Shown: piece by piece, positions 48,717 to 61,559 of the stretch
Numbering within the stretch: position 1 is the first letter of the stretch
Layout of the letters: the number at the start of each line of letters is the position of its first letter
Assembly (NCBI RefSeq): GCF_009914755.1
Contig: NC_060926.1
Strand: one strand, 5' to 3'
Source of the DNA: the human T2T-CHM13v2.0 reference genome, Homo sapiens
DNA: 64,000 nucleotides
The notes under the pieces: generated by a model
The model's input: the letters and a program-made list of their open reading frames with translations, nothing else
What the model was told of the DNA's origin: nothing
Database searches by the model: none
Made by a program: the position numbers and the translations under genes

Positions 48717-50125
48717 CTGGTTCAGGAAACAAGAAAGTGGTAAAGTGATAAAAAATTATTTAAATAGATCAAGACAGTGATACGATTTACCACAAGTCTA
48801 GATATTGTCCATTTTTAAAAACTTACACAAACAAATATGTTTATGATTACAAATGGTAAGATATGACTTCATATCAGTTTTCAAGAGAACACCTCTCCAA
48901 GGAAGGGAAATTTACACAGGTTTCTGACTGATTATGTAGGCTTTAGGTAAGTAGAGAAGGTGCCCCCGGCTGATAGAACAGCTAAGGTAAAGGTTTGCAG
49001 GCTGAGATGTGGAAAGGCATGTCTGAGGGATGACAAGAGAGCATTTGTGTGCAATGGAGGCTTCTGTCAGGAGCAGCAGGAGGTTGGAGCAGCCTAAAGA
49101 GGGCATTATATACCACACACGGGGGGTGAGGATTTATCTTGTAGGCCGTGCAAAGGATTTTTGGAGGGCAGGACACTGGGTTCAAACTGGTAAGTATGGT
49201 TAATATGGCAAGGATACATGAGAAGAGGAGACAGATTTTGGACGAAGACCAGTTACAAAATTGTGACAGATGTCTAGGTATAAAGTGATCTGGGTAGGTA
49301 CAGAAAAGGGCACTGGGAAAAAAGGGAGAGACGGAGCAAGAAAATATTTGCTATTTCTGCTCCTGTAAACCTTGGCTGTCCAGGAATAAATTTCTGTGTG
49401 ATCTTGACCTCAGCTGTCCAAGTACTTCCAGATCCAGATGCCTCCTGTGCATCCTACCTGCCCTGGCCAACCTTGTGGACTCTTAGACCCAGCCTGTCTG
49501 CATGGGCCCACTTTGAGCTGGTTCCCTGAATTCTGGGCTCAACTTCCTCATCTGGACTTTAAATGCTTAAAGTATTTTCCTCAGTATAAGCTAATCCTTA
49601 TTAGGCAAGTATCCTTTGGTCTACGCCAGCTCCTGGTCTAGGCTTCTCCACCTGAGTTACAGAGCCAACATGGTAGGAACTTTAAAGCAGAGCCTGACAA
49701 GGTTCTGAGACCCAGTAAATGTAGGGGTAACTGTTACAGAAAATAAAAAGTGATACCAAAAATGCATAGATGGCTTGAAGTAACAAACAAAACAGGAATA
49801 CTTGTTTAGCAATGGTTGGTATATGTGTAAATTTGATTTTGAAAAATGATTTTATTGAGGTATATTTACCATAAAATCTGCCCATATAAAGTGAACAATT
49901 CAATGATTTTTAGTGAAGTTACCAAATCGTTCAACCATCACCACCATCTAGTTTTAGAACATTTTCGTCACCCTAAAAAGATTCCTTGTAACATTTGCAG
50001 TTACTTTGTTTCTGAAGATCTGCCATTTCTGGACATTTCCTAAAATGGTACTAGAAAATACCTGGTCTCTGGCATCTGCCTTCTTTCACTTAGAATCACG
50101 TTTTTGAGATCTGGATTGTGCATAA

Positions 50126-50442
<317 letters not shown>

Positions 50443-50723
50443 TATTTTAGTAATTTTAATGTTTAAACAAGGTTTCATTTCATTTCAAAAATTCCAAATC
50501 TATTAGCATAAAGATGTAACAAAAATTGCTTTTTGCTCAATCCTAGACCACTCCATTGCCTCACAAAGAAAGGTAACATGTGCTACAGAGAAAGAAGTGC
50601 ATAGAGGTGTTGTACTGCAAAGATCCAGTCTATTAATCTCCATACTACAGCTGTGAACCACAGGAAAGAGGCCCAGCCCAGTTAGGACTATAGGCCAAGG
50701 CATGTCACTTTCTGAACATCAGT

Positions 50724-50729
50724 TTTATT
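50724..50729 (-). terminator. Candidate proximal poly(A) signal of ZNF514 (AATAAA)
   Basis: tttatt on the + strand about 1.06 kb past the stop codon; usage cannot be shown from sequence alone. Confidence 0.35.
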
Positions 50730-50949
50730 AGCTCTAAAATACGACTGGGCTAGATCATGGGTAGCTGTCTACCTTTCTCAGCCTCCATCCTCTGCACCCA
50801 TGCATGACACCCTGCCCCGTCAGTAACAGCATGAGGAGGCAATGCACAAGTGTCGTTATACAAATGGCCCCACCAGGCAGAAAATCACCAGACAAGGTGA
50901 TTTCTCAGCTTCTTTTCAGCTCTAGTTTTATACATCTCAAGTTGGAAAG

Positions 50950-51785
50950 GAACTTTCCTCACATTCATCATGTTCCCAAGGTTTCTCTTTGAGATGAATA
51001 CTGAAGCTTGAACTCTACTAATGGGTTTTCCCAGTTTCACTAAATTTGAAGAGTTGCTCTAGCACAAATTCTCTAATGTACAAATTCTCTAACGTGTTTT
51101 GGTGGAACATCCACCAAAGCCCTTCCCACATTCATCACGTCACCAGAGTTTCCAGCTAGTAGGGAGAGTTCTAAGGGGTTTATAAAGCAATGAGGTTTGG
51201 CTGAAGGCTCTCCCACATTACCCACATTCACAGGTTTTTCTCAGGTATGAATTTTCTGATGCTTAATAAGGGATGAGCCCTGACTGAAGGCCTTCCTCTA
51301 TTTCCTGCTTTCATAGGGCCTCTCTCTAGTATGTGTTCTTGATGCTTAGTAAAGGAAGAGATACAACTGAAGATTTTTCCATACTTACCACACTTGTAGG
51401 ATTTCTCTCCAGTACAAGTTATCTGATTTTCTTAAAGAATCAGTATGTAACTGAAGGCTTGCCACACTCACTGCATTGATAAGGCTCCTCCCCAGTGTCG
51501 GCTGTCTGATGCTGAATAATATGCATCCTCTGATCAAAGCGTTCCCACATTCATTACATTCACGTGGTTTCTCACTAGTATGGATTCTCCCATGTTTGGT
51601 AAGAGAGGGGAAGCCCACCCCCTCTTGACATTGACAGGGATTCTCTTTAGTAATTATTGCCTGATGTGGAACAAGATGTGGTCTTCCCACATACATTACA
51701 CCTTTAGGATCTCTCTCTGATATGAATTCTTTAAGTTCCAGTGATGTCTGCACTCCAGCTGAAAGCCCTTCTATATTCACTGAAT
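50950..51785 (-). pseudogene. Degenerate C2H2 finger repeats in the ZNF514 3' UTR
   Basis: Repeated decayed 'catactggagagaaaccctat...tgtaatgaatgtggga' linkers, e.g. [19 protein letters not shown], with stops and indels. Confidence 0.85.
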
Positions 51786-52771
51786 TTATAGGGTTTTTTT
51801 TCCAGCATGACTTCTCTGATGTTTAATAAGGGATGCAGTATGAGCAAAGGCCCTTCCACACTCATTACATTTGTAGGGTTTCTCTCCAGTGTGAAATCTG
51901 TAATGTTGAGTGAGAGATGAACTCTGGCTGAAGGCTCTCCCACATTTATTACATTTGTAAGGTTTCTCTCCAGTATGAAATCTGTAATGCACAATGAGTG
52001 ATGAGCTCTGGCTGAAGGTTCTCCCACATTCCCGGCATTCATAGGGCTTTTCTCCAGTATGAGTCCTCTGATGCTTAATAAGGGATGAAGTGTGACCAAA
52101 GGCTCGTCCACATTCATTACATTTGTAGGGTTTCTCTCCAGTGTGAAATCTATAGTGCAGAACAAGAGACGAACTCTGGCTGAAGGCTCTCCCACATTCA
52201 CTGCATTCATAGGGCTTTTCTCCAGTATGAGTTCTTTGATGTTTAATAAGGGATGAAATATGACCAAAGGCTCTTCCACAGTCACTGCATTCATACGGCT
52301 TTTCTCCAGTGTGACATCGCTGATGGCGCCTAAGTTCTGACTGGAAGTGAAAGGACTTCCCACACTCATTACATTTACAAGATTTCTTTTCTGGGTGGGT
52401 TCTCTGAGAGTTGTTTCCCCCTAAAGTCTGCCTGAATTCTGTATCACATTTATAAGATCCTTCTCCCATGAGAATGCTGTGTTGGTTAACAAGGACTGAT
52501 CTTAAACCTAAGCTTCTCCCAAATCCATTCCATTTATAATCTCTGCTAAGGGTGGTGGCAGATTTGTGAATGGTTGACATTTGTTTCAGGTGTCTCTCCT
52601 GTTTTATCTGCTGCATCTCTAACTGGCCATCACAACCGCAGGCTGCTTTCAACTTCGAGAACTGCAGCACATCTTGAATGTGTTTTTCCACTGATACTAC
52701 CTGGAATAATTCTTCTTTGGAAATTCCCCAACTTGGCATTGATTCCTTGGATTTAGACCTTCTCTTCCAGT
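51786..52771 (-). CDS. ZNF514: ZNF514 last coding exon: spacer plus 7 C2H2 zinc fingers
   Basis: poly-T/aacag| acceptor; [16 protein letters not shown]... continues into ORF 51786..52739; 7 CxxC-HxxxH fingers with TGEKPY linkers. 121+96+986 nt = 400 codons plus stop. Confidence 0.93.
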
Positions 52772-53581
52772 CTGTTAAAAAAAAAAAAAAAAAAAAGAAG
52801 ACATTCTAGTATGTAGAATGTCCTATGTAGCAAGAAAAGCAAGCTCCTATAATGAATGTGAAATAATTAAGCTTTAAAATAACACCTAAAAGGGACGTAC
52901 AGATTTTTTCAATAATGGCTTATGTCTGAAGATGGTTTTGGAGTATCAAGAATGAGTGATGAGCAGATGACTGGAGATTAAGAAAATCTGAGAGATATGT
53001 GTTTAGATTCCAGTACACAAGGTAAGTCCAAAGACTAAAGATGAGAGGAGGGTAGGAAGGGTGACAAGGAAATAGACTAAGTGTAAAGGATGGAGACAAA
53101 AATCAATAAACCAAGTATAGGATCGTAAGTCACCCAGGTACAGATTCTATATTCTCACAATTTCTTCAAGCCTACATAATTGTAACAGAATTCTACCCAG
53201 TCTTCCTACCTCCAGGTTTCCTGAAACCCTTCACTTTCTTCTTTTCCAAATGCCCATTTCCTTAAGTTTCTTCCCAGTCTTAATCTTCCAAAGGCTCTCC
53301 AGTGCCTACAGGATAAACCCTTTATCTTCCACTATAGCTCTATAATACTTTACCAGGTCCTGTCCTCTTTTTCAGCAAGTGCCTTGAGCACAGAAACTGG
53401 CTGCCTTCCTGTTTCCCATATATCCACTGCCCCTCTCACCACTCTCTTTCTTTAAGACTTTGCGTACCTTTCAGGGACAAGCTCATGTCCTCCACGAAGT
53501 ATTCTTTTAACACCTTAGTGCACACCCTATATTATTATATATTATGCACATATACATATAACATGTATCATATTACTCTAT

Positions 53582-54132
53582 ATGATAGGAAGAGAAACTC
53601 TCCCCTAAAGATGCCCATGCCCTAATCACAAGAACCTGTGAGTGGGTTACCTTATATGACAAAAGGGACTTTGCAGATGTGATTAAGAGCACAGACCTGG
53701 AGATGGGGAGATTATCCTGGATTATTTAAATAGGTCAAATCTAATCATGAGTGCTTAAAATCGGAGAGCATTTCCTGGCTGGGCAGAAAGATGTGTAAAC
53801 CATTGTTGGCTTTGAAGATGGACGAGGGGCACTTTCAGTCAAGTAATCTGGCAGTCTCTAGAAGCTGGGAACACCCATCTGTTTATAGCCAGCAAGAAAA
53901 CAAGGACCTCGGTTTTATAACTGCAAGGTATTGGTTCTGCCAACAACCCAAATGAAAAGAAAAAAGGTGCCCAGCCACTCCAGAAAGGTGTGCAGCCCTG
54001 TGGACATCTTGGTTGGAACCATGTGATACACATGCCAGACTTCTGACCTATGAACTATGACATGAGTTTGTGTTGTTTAAAGCCACCAAGTTTGTGCTAC
54101 TCTGTTTCAGCCACAGTGGAAAATTAATAAAA
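53582..54132 (+). mobile_element. MLT1D-like MaLR LTR
   Basis: 'aaagatgcccatgccctaatc...aaaagggactttgcagatgtgattaag...gggagattatcctggattat...aagccaccaagtttgtg'. Confidence 0.8.
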
Positions 54133-55178
54133 TAATAATAACAAGCACACTTCTGAAGAAGGAAATGACTGGTAATGCCTAACCAGTGGTCCCAGAGGCC
54201 AGTCAGAGAGTTTCTGAGTCAATAGGTCTTGTGTGGCTCCTGGGAACCTGAATGTTTAACAAGCTCCCTGGGACATTCTGAAACACAGCCATGCTCATAT
54301 ACCACTGTTAAATAAACAGATGACTAGATCCAGATGTCAGACCCTTGATCTCATTTTGGAAGGAAAAAAGATCAAGTAAGTACCAGTACAGAGGATATCA
54401 GCATCTTCCCTCTCTGCCATAACCTAGTTCCCTTTCATAAAGCCCAGCCTATCCTCTCAGGAATTTAGCACCACTTTCCTGAGCTTCAGCTCTGGCCACA
54501 GGTAAGGTTCTGGCTCATGGAAATGAACTGGCATAGACTGTCACGTGCCTCCAGTGTGCTTGGGTTACACACAGCAGTCAGGAAAGCTTTGAGTCAAGAA
54601 TTCTGCTCCAAGGCATATAGCCTACCAGGTACTCTCAAGTCACCTGAGAATCAAAGGTCTCAAAGGGATGCTGTTAACAGCTGTCAAGGAGTAGTCTTTG
54701 TTCCTGGAACCACTTTTTTTGAGACTCACCTTAATCAAGCTTGAAGTGTCCTCACCTGGATCTTCGTGACATCTTCTGTCTGTCCTTGCCTGTAACCCCT
54801 TCATTTCTGGGGTGCTCAACTTTTTTGTTTGATCCCTCACTAACTCCCTTAACTCTGCTGATCTAGGATTGCCTGGCCCTATACGATTGTTGATCCATCT
54901 AACATTGACTGTGAGACATCTAGTGATGCTGCATGGCACCAATAACCCAGAAGGCATGGGCAGAGATGGGAACCAAACAAAGCATAAAGACTAGAAAAGC
55001 AAAGGAACATCTCCTCTCCTGACACCAGAAATAATTACAAAATTCAACATACCAGAGTTGAGGGCTCCTGCCAAGTGATCTCATCTTCTGAAAGGACAGC
55101 ACACTGACCAAAGGCTCTGGGCTACCTCCCACCCCAGCTGGGCCTTATCATATGCAATGCTTTCACTCACTCACTCAC

Positions 55179-55274
55179 CTGAGTGGGCTCCTGTTGAGAT
55201 TTCTCTCTCCACCATGAAGGGCTCACCCCCTTCCTCCAACTGGCAGATCACATATGGTTTGGATACTAGAAGGC
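55179..55274 (-). CDS. ZNF514: ZNF514 KRAB-B exon (96 nt; GLLVSKPYVICQLEEGGEPFMVEREISTGAHS)
   Basis: catcag| acceptor, CAG|gtgagt donor; typical KRAB-B motif SKPxxIxxLExGxEP. Confidence 0.93.
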
Positions 55275-55581
55275 CTGATGGTAGAGAAGGAAAAGGATTT
55301 TGGTTGTGTGTGCCAGTGGCCAAGTCTTTGGATATTCATCTTCAAGGTGGAGAAATACTGTAGGCATGGAAAGCCTCCAGAGAACAGGCATTGTGAAAAG
55401 TTAGGAACACAGCCAGGTAACTTCCTATTTCAACTCCATAAGTAGCTGGATGTTTCCTAGAACTAGGAACAGAAATACTGTATCACTGGGCCCCAAAGAG
55501 AATGTAAATGTCTGATTCCAGACTTCCCAAGGAAACCCAGGGCCAAACTTAGCCAACCAGCCCAGACACCACTAGCTCTTA

Positions 55582-55794
<213 letters not shown>

Positions 55795-56555
55795 TTATAT
55801 GCTTATCAATATGAAACTGCTAGGAAATATAATCAGGGTCTCAGGTGAATCAGGCCTACAGAGACATTCTTCTCAGGTGGAGGTAAATGTAATACATTTC
55901 CTCATTTGTCAAAAGGTTTTATTCTCAATCTAGTTACATTTAATTGGAATCAATTAGAATTAACAAATGAATATGCTTTGCATTCTCAAATACACAAGGA
56001 TCAACAGTTTTCTAATAAAGTATTTTTGAAACTTGTGACCTATGATTCTGACAACAATAAGGCCAAATCAAGTAATCTGGGGCTTATGATAATTTATCCT
56101 CCACCTGCCTGCCAGCACACAGTTCAGCAAAAGTAAATCACAAGTGGCTTTATGATGAAACAATAAGTTTTGTGCGTTTGACTAGCATGATCCTTTCCCC
56201 CAAAGCCTACTCATTATTCAGTTCCTAAGTTTATAAAGCTGAGCATGAGACCCTGGATCCCAGGTCACCATTATAAAGCATAATTATTCTACAGGTCCTG
56301 GCCAGAACTATCCTGTCACCTTCAATCTCAGTAATTAGAACACCTCCCATTTAGCTTATATTGTATGGCAATCCACTAAAGAGCAAAATAGGTGAAAGTA
56401 AGTACTACAAATTCCTGTTACTTTTACACCAAAGTATTTAAAAATCAAATCCCATTTAGATACTGATTCCACAGAAAAGCTGAAGTAACAATTTTATAAT
56501 ATAAAATCATCCAAAATAATCAAACATGAAAAATTCACTACTATAGTGACCTCTT

Positions 56556-58590
56556 TTGATAGGTTATATTATTTGTCCAAAATATCCACTGACCCTCCCT
56601 AAAGAATTGAGCTTCTGCCTCACCCTGCCCCAGGTGGGGCGATGTCATCTGCTTTCTCAAACTGAACGTGAAAGACACGAGCTACAGGTGAGCAAAAGCC
56701 TTCAGAGCCAGTGGGGGTTCTGCAATTGTCCTTTCCTGTCTGCCTTGCAAATGGCAAATGATCTGAGTGAAGATGTGGGCAAAGCCACAGCTGTCACGTA
56801 ACATGGGCAAGAGGGAACCTTTCATGGTGTAAGTCTCTGAGGGTTTGCTGTTGCTATCATGGCATAACTAGCCTATACTGACTCCTTAAAAAACTGGTAC
56901 TCACAGTGGAGTTCTGCCATAACAAAAAGCCAAAAATAGATGACACTGGCATCCAGGCCAGGCAGTGAAGAAACTTATTGGCAAGGTGGCAACCCATGTA
57001 ATTTGGTGGTGAACTGTTTGGTGAAACTATTGCCTTCAGTAACTTGAAAGATGAACAATGAAAGCATGAGCTTGTGATGTTATGAGAAGAGGCTGGAAAC
57101 ATAACATTAGTAGTGTGAGCTGGTTGTTATTGGCTGAGTTTGACAAAGTATTACAAGAAAAAATGAGCTCAAGAGTTTGTGGTTTGCAAAACAAAAATGG
57201 AAGGCAATAGGAAATGTCCAGAAATGCTAGGGCTTGCAGGGTTGGAGACAACCAATTCTCATTTCCAACTGGCCAAAGACAATATACATCAGCTTCTGCG
57301 TGACAACAGCTAATTAAAACTCAGCCCATTATCAGGGACCAAATCATGGATGTGGTTGTCAAACCTTTTTGTTTAAACCTCTGAGTAATTTCAAAAGGCT
57401 CCCAGTAAATCTCCCAGTAATTTCAAAAGGCTCCCAATAAAGGCTTTCAGTGGGACCAAATTGTTCAGAGTGAAAAAAGTATAGATTTCCCAAGGAAATC
57501 CAAAAACTCCACAATTAAGGCTAAAGAAGGGGGCATATTTCAAAAAGAACTGTGGGTCAAACCACTGACACATGGAGCCAACTGGAAACAAATTCATAAA
57601 AAGCTGATTAAGTTTTTTAGAGTTGCACTTAAAACAATCCTGGGCCACCAACCTACTCCAGCAGGATGAAAAAGCTGCTTTGCCCCCAAGAAAGCTTATT
57701 CTCCAGTATCATCTTCATATGACACCAAGGAGGTATCAAAACGAAGGAACTTCCCAATGGCAAAGCCAACAGCCAAGGAAAACACTAGGCCAGGGAGCTC
57801 CACCCAGGGAGCAGAACCAGGGTGTAACCTACAGACTTTCCCACTCCCAAGACCAAGGGTCCTCACAGTGTCTGTCCAGTGGAATTTCACGACTGTTATG
57901 GACCCGGGACTGACTCTTCCCATGCTTCCCTCTTCTGCAAAGGAGTGTCTACCATGGCCATCCTGTCCCCATTGCTCATTGTATATTGGATATATGGATT
58001 CAGGTAATTGTCCTTTTAGTTTATAGGTATCCAGACCCACAGGATCTCCATCCAGACTATCGCGCCATCCAGGACTTTGATCATGATGCTCTGACTGGAT
58101 GCAGCTCTTGGGTTATTTCTCTTGGAGGGCATTTTGTGTGCAGGAGAGAGGGAAGTGAACATCTATGGGTAAGAAAATATACAGTGATAGATGAATTATT
58201 CGCTTAACATAATCCCTGCCCTTCCCTTTAGGATCCTCACTCTAGGAAGCTAATACTTCCCACTTCATTAACATTAGGCTTGGCCACAGGACCTGCAGCA
58301 GCCAGTGGGTTGTGAGCAGAAGCCACATGTGCCGCTTCTGAGTGGAAACCCAAAGAGCCATCCCCGGGTTCTCACACTGCTCTTTCCCTCTGATACAAGA
58401 AGAGCATATCCCAGAGGGAACTGACCCTTCAGCCTGAAGCTCAGAGAGAAGAGGGTGTGGAGCAGAGTCACAGTCAGCCCACTACTGACAAAGACAGCAG
58501 AAAGAAGAAAGGCACTCTTTCTAACTGCGAGCCATTGAGATGTGGGGCTGTCATTACCACACTGAACCCACCTAAGTGCTCTGATAAACC
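56556..58590 (+). mobile_element. Old MLT1 (J/K-like) element: LTR, internal region, LTR
   Basis: Two diverged LTR-like ends ('tgataggtta...gtaagtctctgag' and 'tgatagatga...gagccattgagat') around a MaLR-internal-like sequence. Confidence 0.55.
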
Positions 58591-58904
58591 TCTGAATGAT
58601 GTACATCAGGGCCAAAAATATTTAACTGCTATTTATGACTTTACTGATTAAATTCCTTACTAGGGGGGTTCCCCCTTTTGGCTTGAAAGTTAAATGTCAG
58701 TGTCTATCATCAAACCTGAATCCCATGCCTATCCTGGATGCTGGGAAACCCCGGAGGCTGGCATTTGTACCCCTCCACATCCAGCTCACTAGAGACAAAC
58801 CTGAATCCCCCCTGAGGGCCAGTCACCATGATCCCTGATGCCAACAAGGATTAGGCAGTTACCATCTGCCAGCGGAACTGCCAGCGGACTCTAACAACAA
58901 CATG

Positions 58905-59160
58905 AGGCGGCTCTATGATTGAGTGGTTAAGATCTCAGAGCCAGACAGCCTGGATGTAAAATTGGGGTCCCTTCCTCACTAACTAGATAACCATGAACAA
59001 GTTACTTTCTCTCTCTGTGCCTTGACTTCTTCTGTTAACCTCTCCACACTTTGGTTACCATTCTTCAAAATGGTAACCATTTATGGGAATGTTTTAGAGA
59101 CAAAATGAATTAGTATGTGTAAATTGTAGAGAATAGTTCCTGATACAGGTTTTGTTCTCC
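58905..59160 (+). mobile_element. MIR
   Basis: 'gagtggttaaga...cagacagcctgg...aacaagttact...ctctgtgcct'. Confidence 0.65.
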
Positions 59161-59855
59161 ATAAATAATAACTATTTTCATCATCATTAACATTATTATA
59201 GTCTTCATGTTACTGCTGCCTGCTTAACATGTTACTGGTGGCAAACCAATGCATAGAGAGGTTAGGTGACTCATCCAAGGCCACACAGCCTGTAAGTAGT
59301 AAAGTTAAGTGTGCCTCCTCCCTTATCCAGGGAGATAACATCTGAACAGGGACCCAGCTTCAAATAGCCTGCCCACCTGTCCATACCCTCAGAACCTGCT
59401 TGTCCCCAATTCTCCATGAGCTTTCCCAACCTCTCCAGAACAGGCCGATTCCCCTTTTCGTGAACCTCGATGGAAAGGCCTGTCTGTGCCACTCCATTTG
59501 GCATCAAACCATTCACATCCTGTTACTGGTGGCTGCGTCCTGGGTGTCAGGGTCCTCTTCCACTGTGGCTGTGACACTCTTTCAAGGCCAGGGCTGTCAC
59601 ATTACCTGGTGGTCACCACAGTGCCCTTTCTAGAAATATGTCAGAGTAAGCCCAAACGATCTGAGTGGGTGCACAGCAAGAAGAGAACACCCCGGACAGG
59701 TCAGGGAGCCATCATTCACTTGGATGGGCTCAGCCTCCTGCAGAGACAGCATTGGGTCAGTTCCCTTAGTGAAAAAAGAGGCTACTTTTTGGTGAAAAGT
59801 AGGCAAAGCTAACCATCGTTCAGGCATTTGAGGAAAAATTAAGAATACAACTCAC

Positions 59856-59944
59856 CCGAGGCCTGGCTTTCAGGAATGAATTGGTTGTTCCCTCTTCTCC
59901 TGGGAATCTCTCTGGAGGAAGAGCAGGATTCTGAGAAGGGGAAG
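59856..59944 (-). CDS. ZNF514: ZNF514 pre-KRAB exon (89 nt; ASPSQNPALPPERFPGEEGTTNSFLKARPR), coding in the long form
   Basis: Pyrimidine tract ending ttcccag|, CGG|gtgagt donor; open and in frame with DLMTFEDV. Confidence 0.8.
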
Positions 59945-61364
59945 CTGGGAAGGTAGAAGGAGACATAAGGGAAGCTGACCCAGCCAGCACACACAGCTCT
60001 CAGACTTCCCAAGCCTGAGACCCAGAACAGCTCTGAATGTCACCTCCGTTGTTCTGAGGACACCAGTGGATCAAAAGGATCTGAGAGGCAGCTTCTAGCC
60101 TTCAAACATTGAGAGAAGTGCCCCTGTACACAGCTGCATGAGGCTCCCACCTGTCCACAGCCCACATCAGTCTACAAGTGAGTGAAGTGTGACCAGTCTG
60201 GCCATACCACTGAAGTTATTTACTGGGCATACTGTATGCAGGTCATCTCCTAGGACTTTTGGAAATATAAATATGGAAAAGAACTTCAAGGAACTTTAAA
60301 TCTAGCCTACAGGTTAACAATTACACAAGACCCAAGGCAAGGCCATGCAGGATTATGAGGCTTTAAGGGGAGGAAGTTACACCTCTCCCCTCATCCTTGG
60401 GAACCCAGCTCAGAGGCCACCTCTTTCTGAGAAGCTGCCCCTGGTGTTCCCAAGCTCTGTTAGGTCTCTGCAACACACTTGAGAGCTCCTTCATTATAAA
60501 GCTTTGCATCATACTGTTCATAAAAGCCTTAAAACAAACAAAAAAACTAACCCAAACCATGCCAGAGAAGTAGTTAAGGCTAACAACATGGGTGTAAGCA
60601 TAGCACAGTTAGGCATTCCTCAAGCTTCATGTGTGTGTGGATCCCTGAGGATCTTGTTAAACTCTGGCTCAAGACTTGCTAAGACACTGTTTGAGGATGT
60701 GTGGGGCCCCAGAGTCTGCAATTCTAGAGAACTTCTGGGCAATGCCTCTGCTGTTCCCAGAGCCACACTGATTAACAAGGGTATAAAGGAAAAAAGAGGG
60801 GGTGGGAAGCCCACGGACTGGGCCCAGTTCTTCCACTGGCCAGTTATGTGTCCTTGAGCATGTGCACTGAAGGATGAACAGTCGGATTAAAATGCCCACC
60901 TGGTTAGAGATAGGACGTTCTAAACTTAGGACTGGCTTAAAACCTCCTGGGTCACCTGGATTGCCCTGCCCCCAACGCTATTGGGGGAAGGGGCTCAGAG
61001 GAGATACCCACCATGTACACTGCTGACCTTATACACCGCTGAGCTAGAACGACTGGAAGAACCTTATTAGTGAGGTGATTAAGGAGGTGGATGACAAGGC
61101 TCCAAATGGCCCTATCGTCCTCTGATCCCTGGCCAAGGGCCACTCCCTCTTGGGTTTGCTTGCCCTCTCCCTGCCGCAGCAGGAAGAGATCAGATCCTCT
61201 TCTGCTCTCCTCTGGCCATTGGGACAATTTTCCATGGCCATCCCCTCCACCTCCGCCACGGTCATCTAGAGACCCCTGCCAGACCCAGGAGACTGCGGCT
61301 TCAGCCTTCTGGGTCTGGAAGGTTAGATGTCGCCACACGGAAGGCAGATGAAGTACAGCCTCAC

Positions 61365-61488
61365 CCTTCAGTGGGATTCCCCGGCCTCTTCCTGGGGTCC
61401 TCCTGATATCGGGCTCGGTACTAGCTCCCCAAGAGGGCTCCTGGCCCTCTGCACGCTCCAGAGCCAAACCTGATGCTGTGGAGTCCAT
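61365..61488 (-). CDS. ZNF514: ZNF514 upstream coding segment (MDSTASGLALERAEGQEPSWGASTEPDIRRTPGRGRGIPLK) of a 473-aa form
   Basis: gctATGG Kozak context; AAGG|gtgagg phase-1 donor fits the 89-nt exon. 124+89+127+96+986 = 1422 nt. Confidence 0.6.
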
Positions 61489-61559
61489 AGCTGGGGCTAA
61501 GGAGCGGCGTCCTTTCACTAGGTCCAAATCTCTGTCTTTCGGCCACAGCCCTGTGGTCC

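Noticed and set aside
51731-52369. 212-aa overlapping ORF (…[11 protein letters not shown]…)
   Set aside because: This is the typical off-frame shadow of C2H2 repeats; it is informative only about the frameshift at its end.
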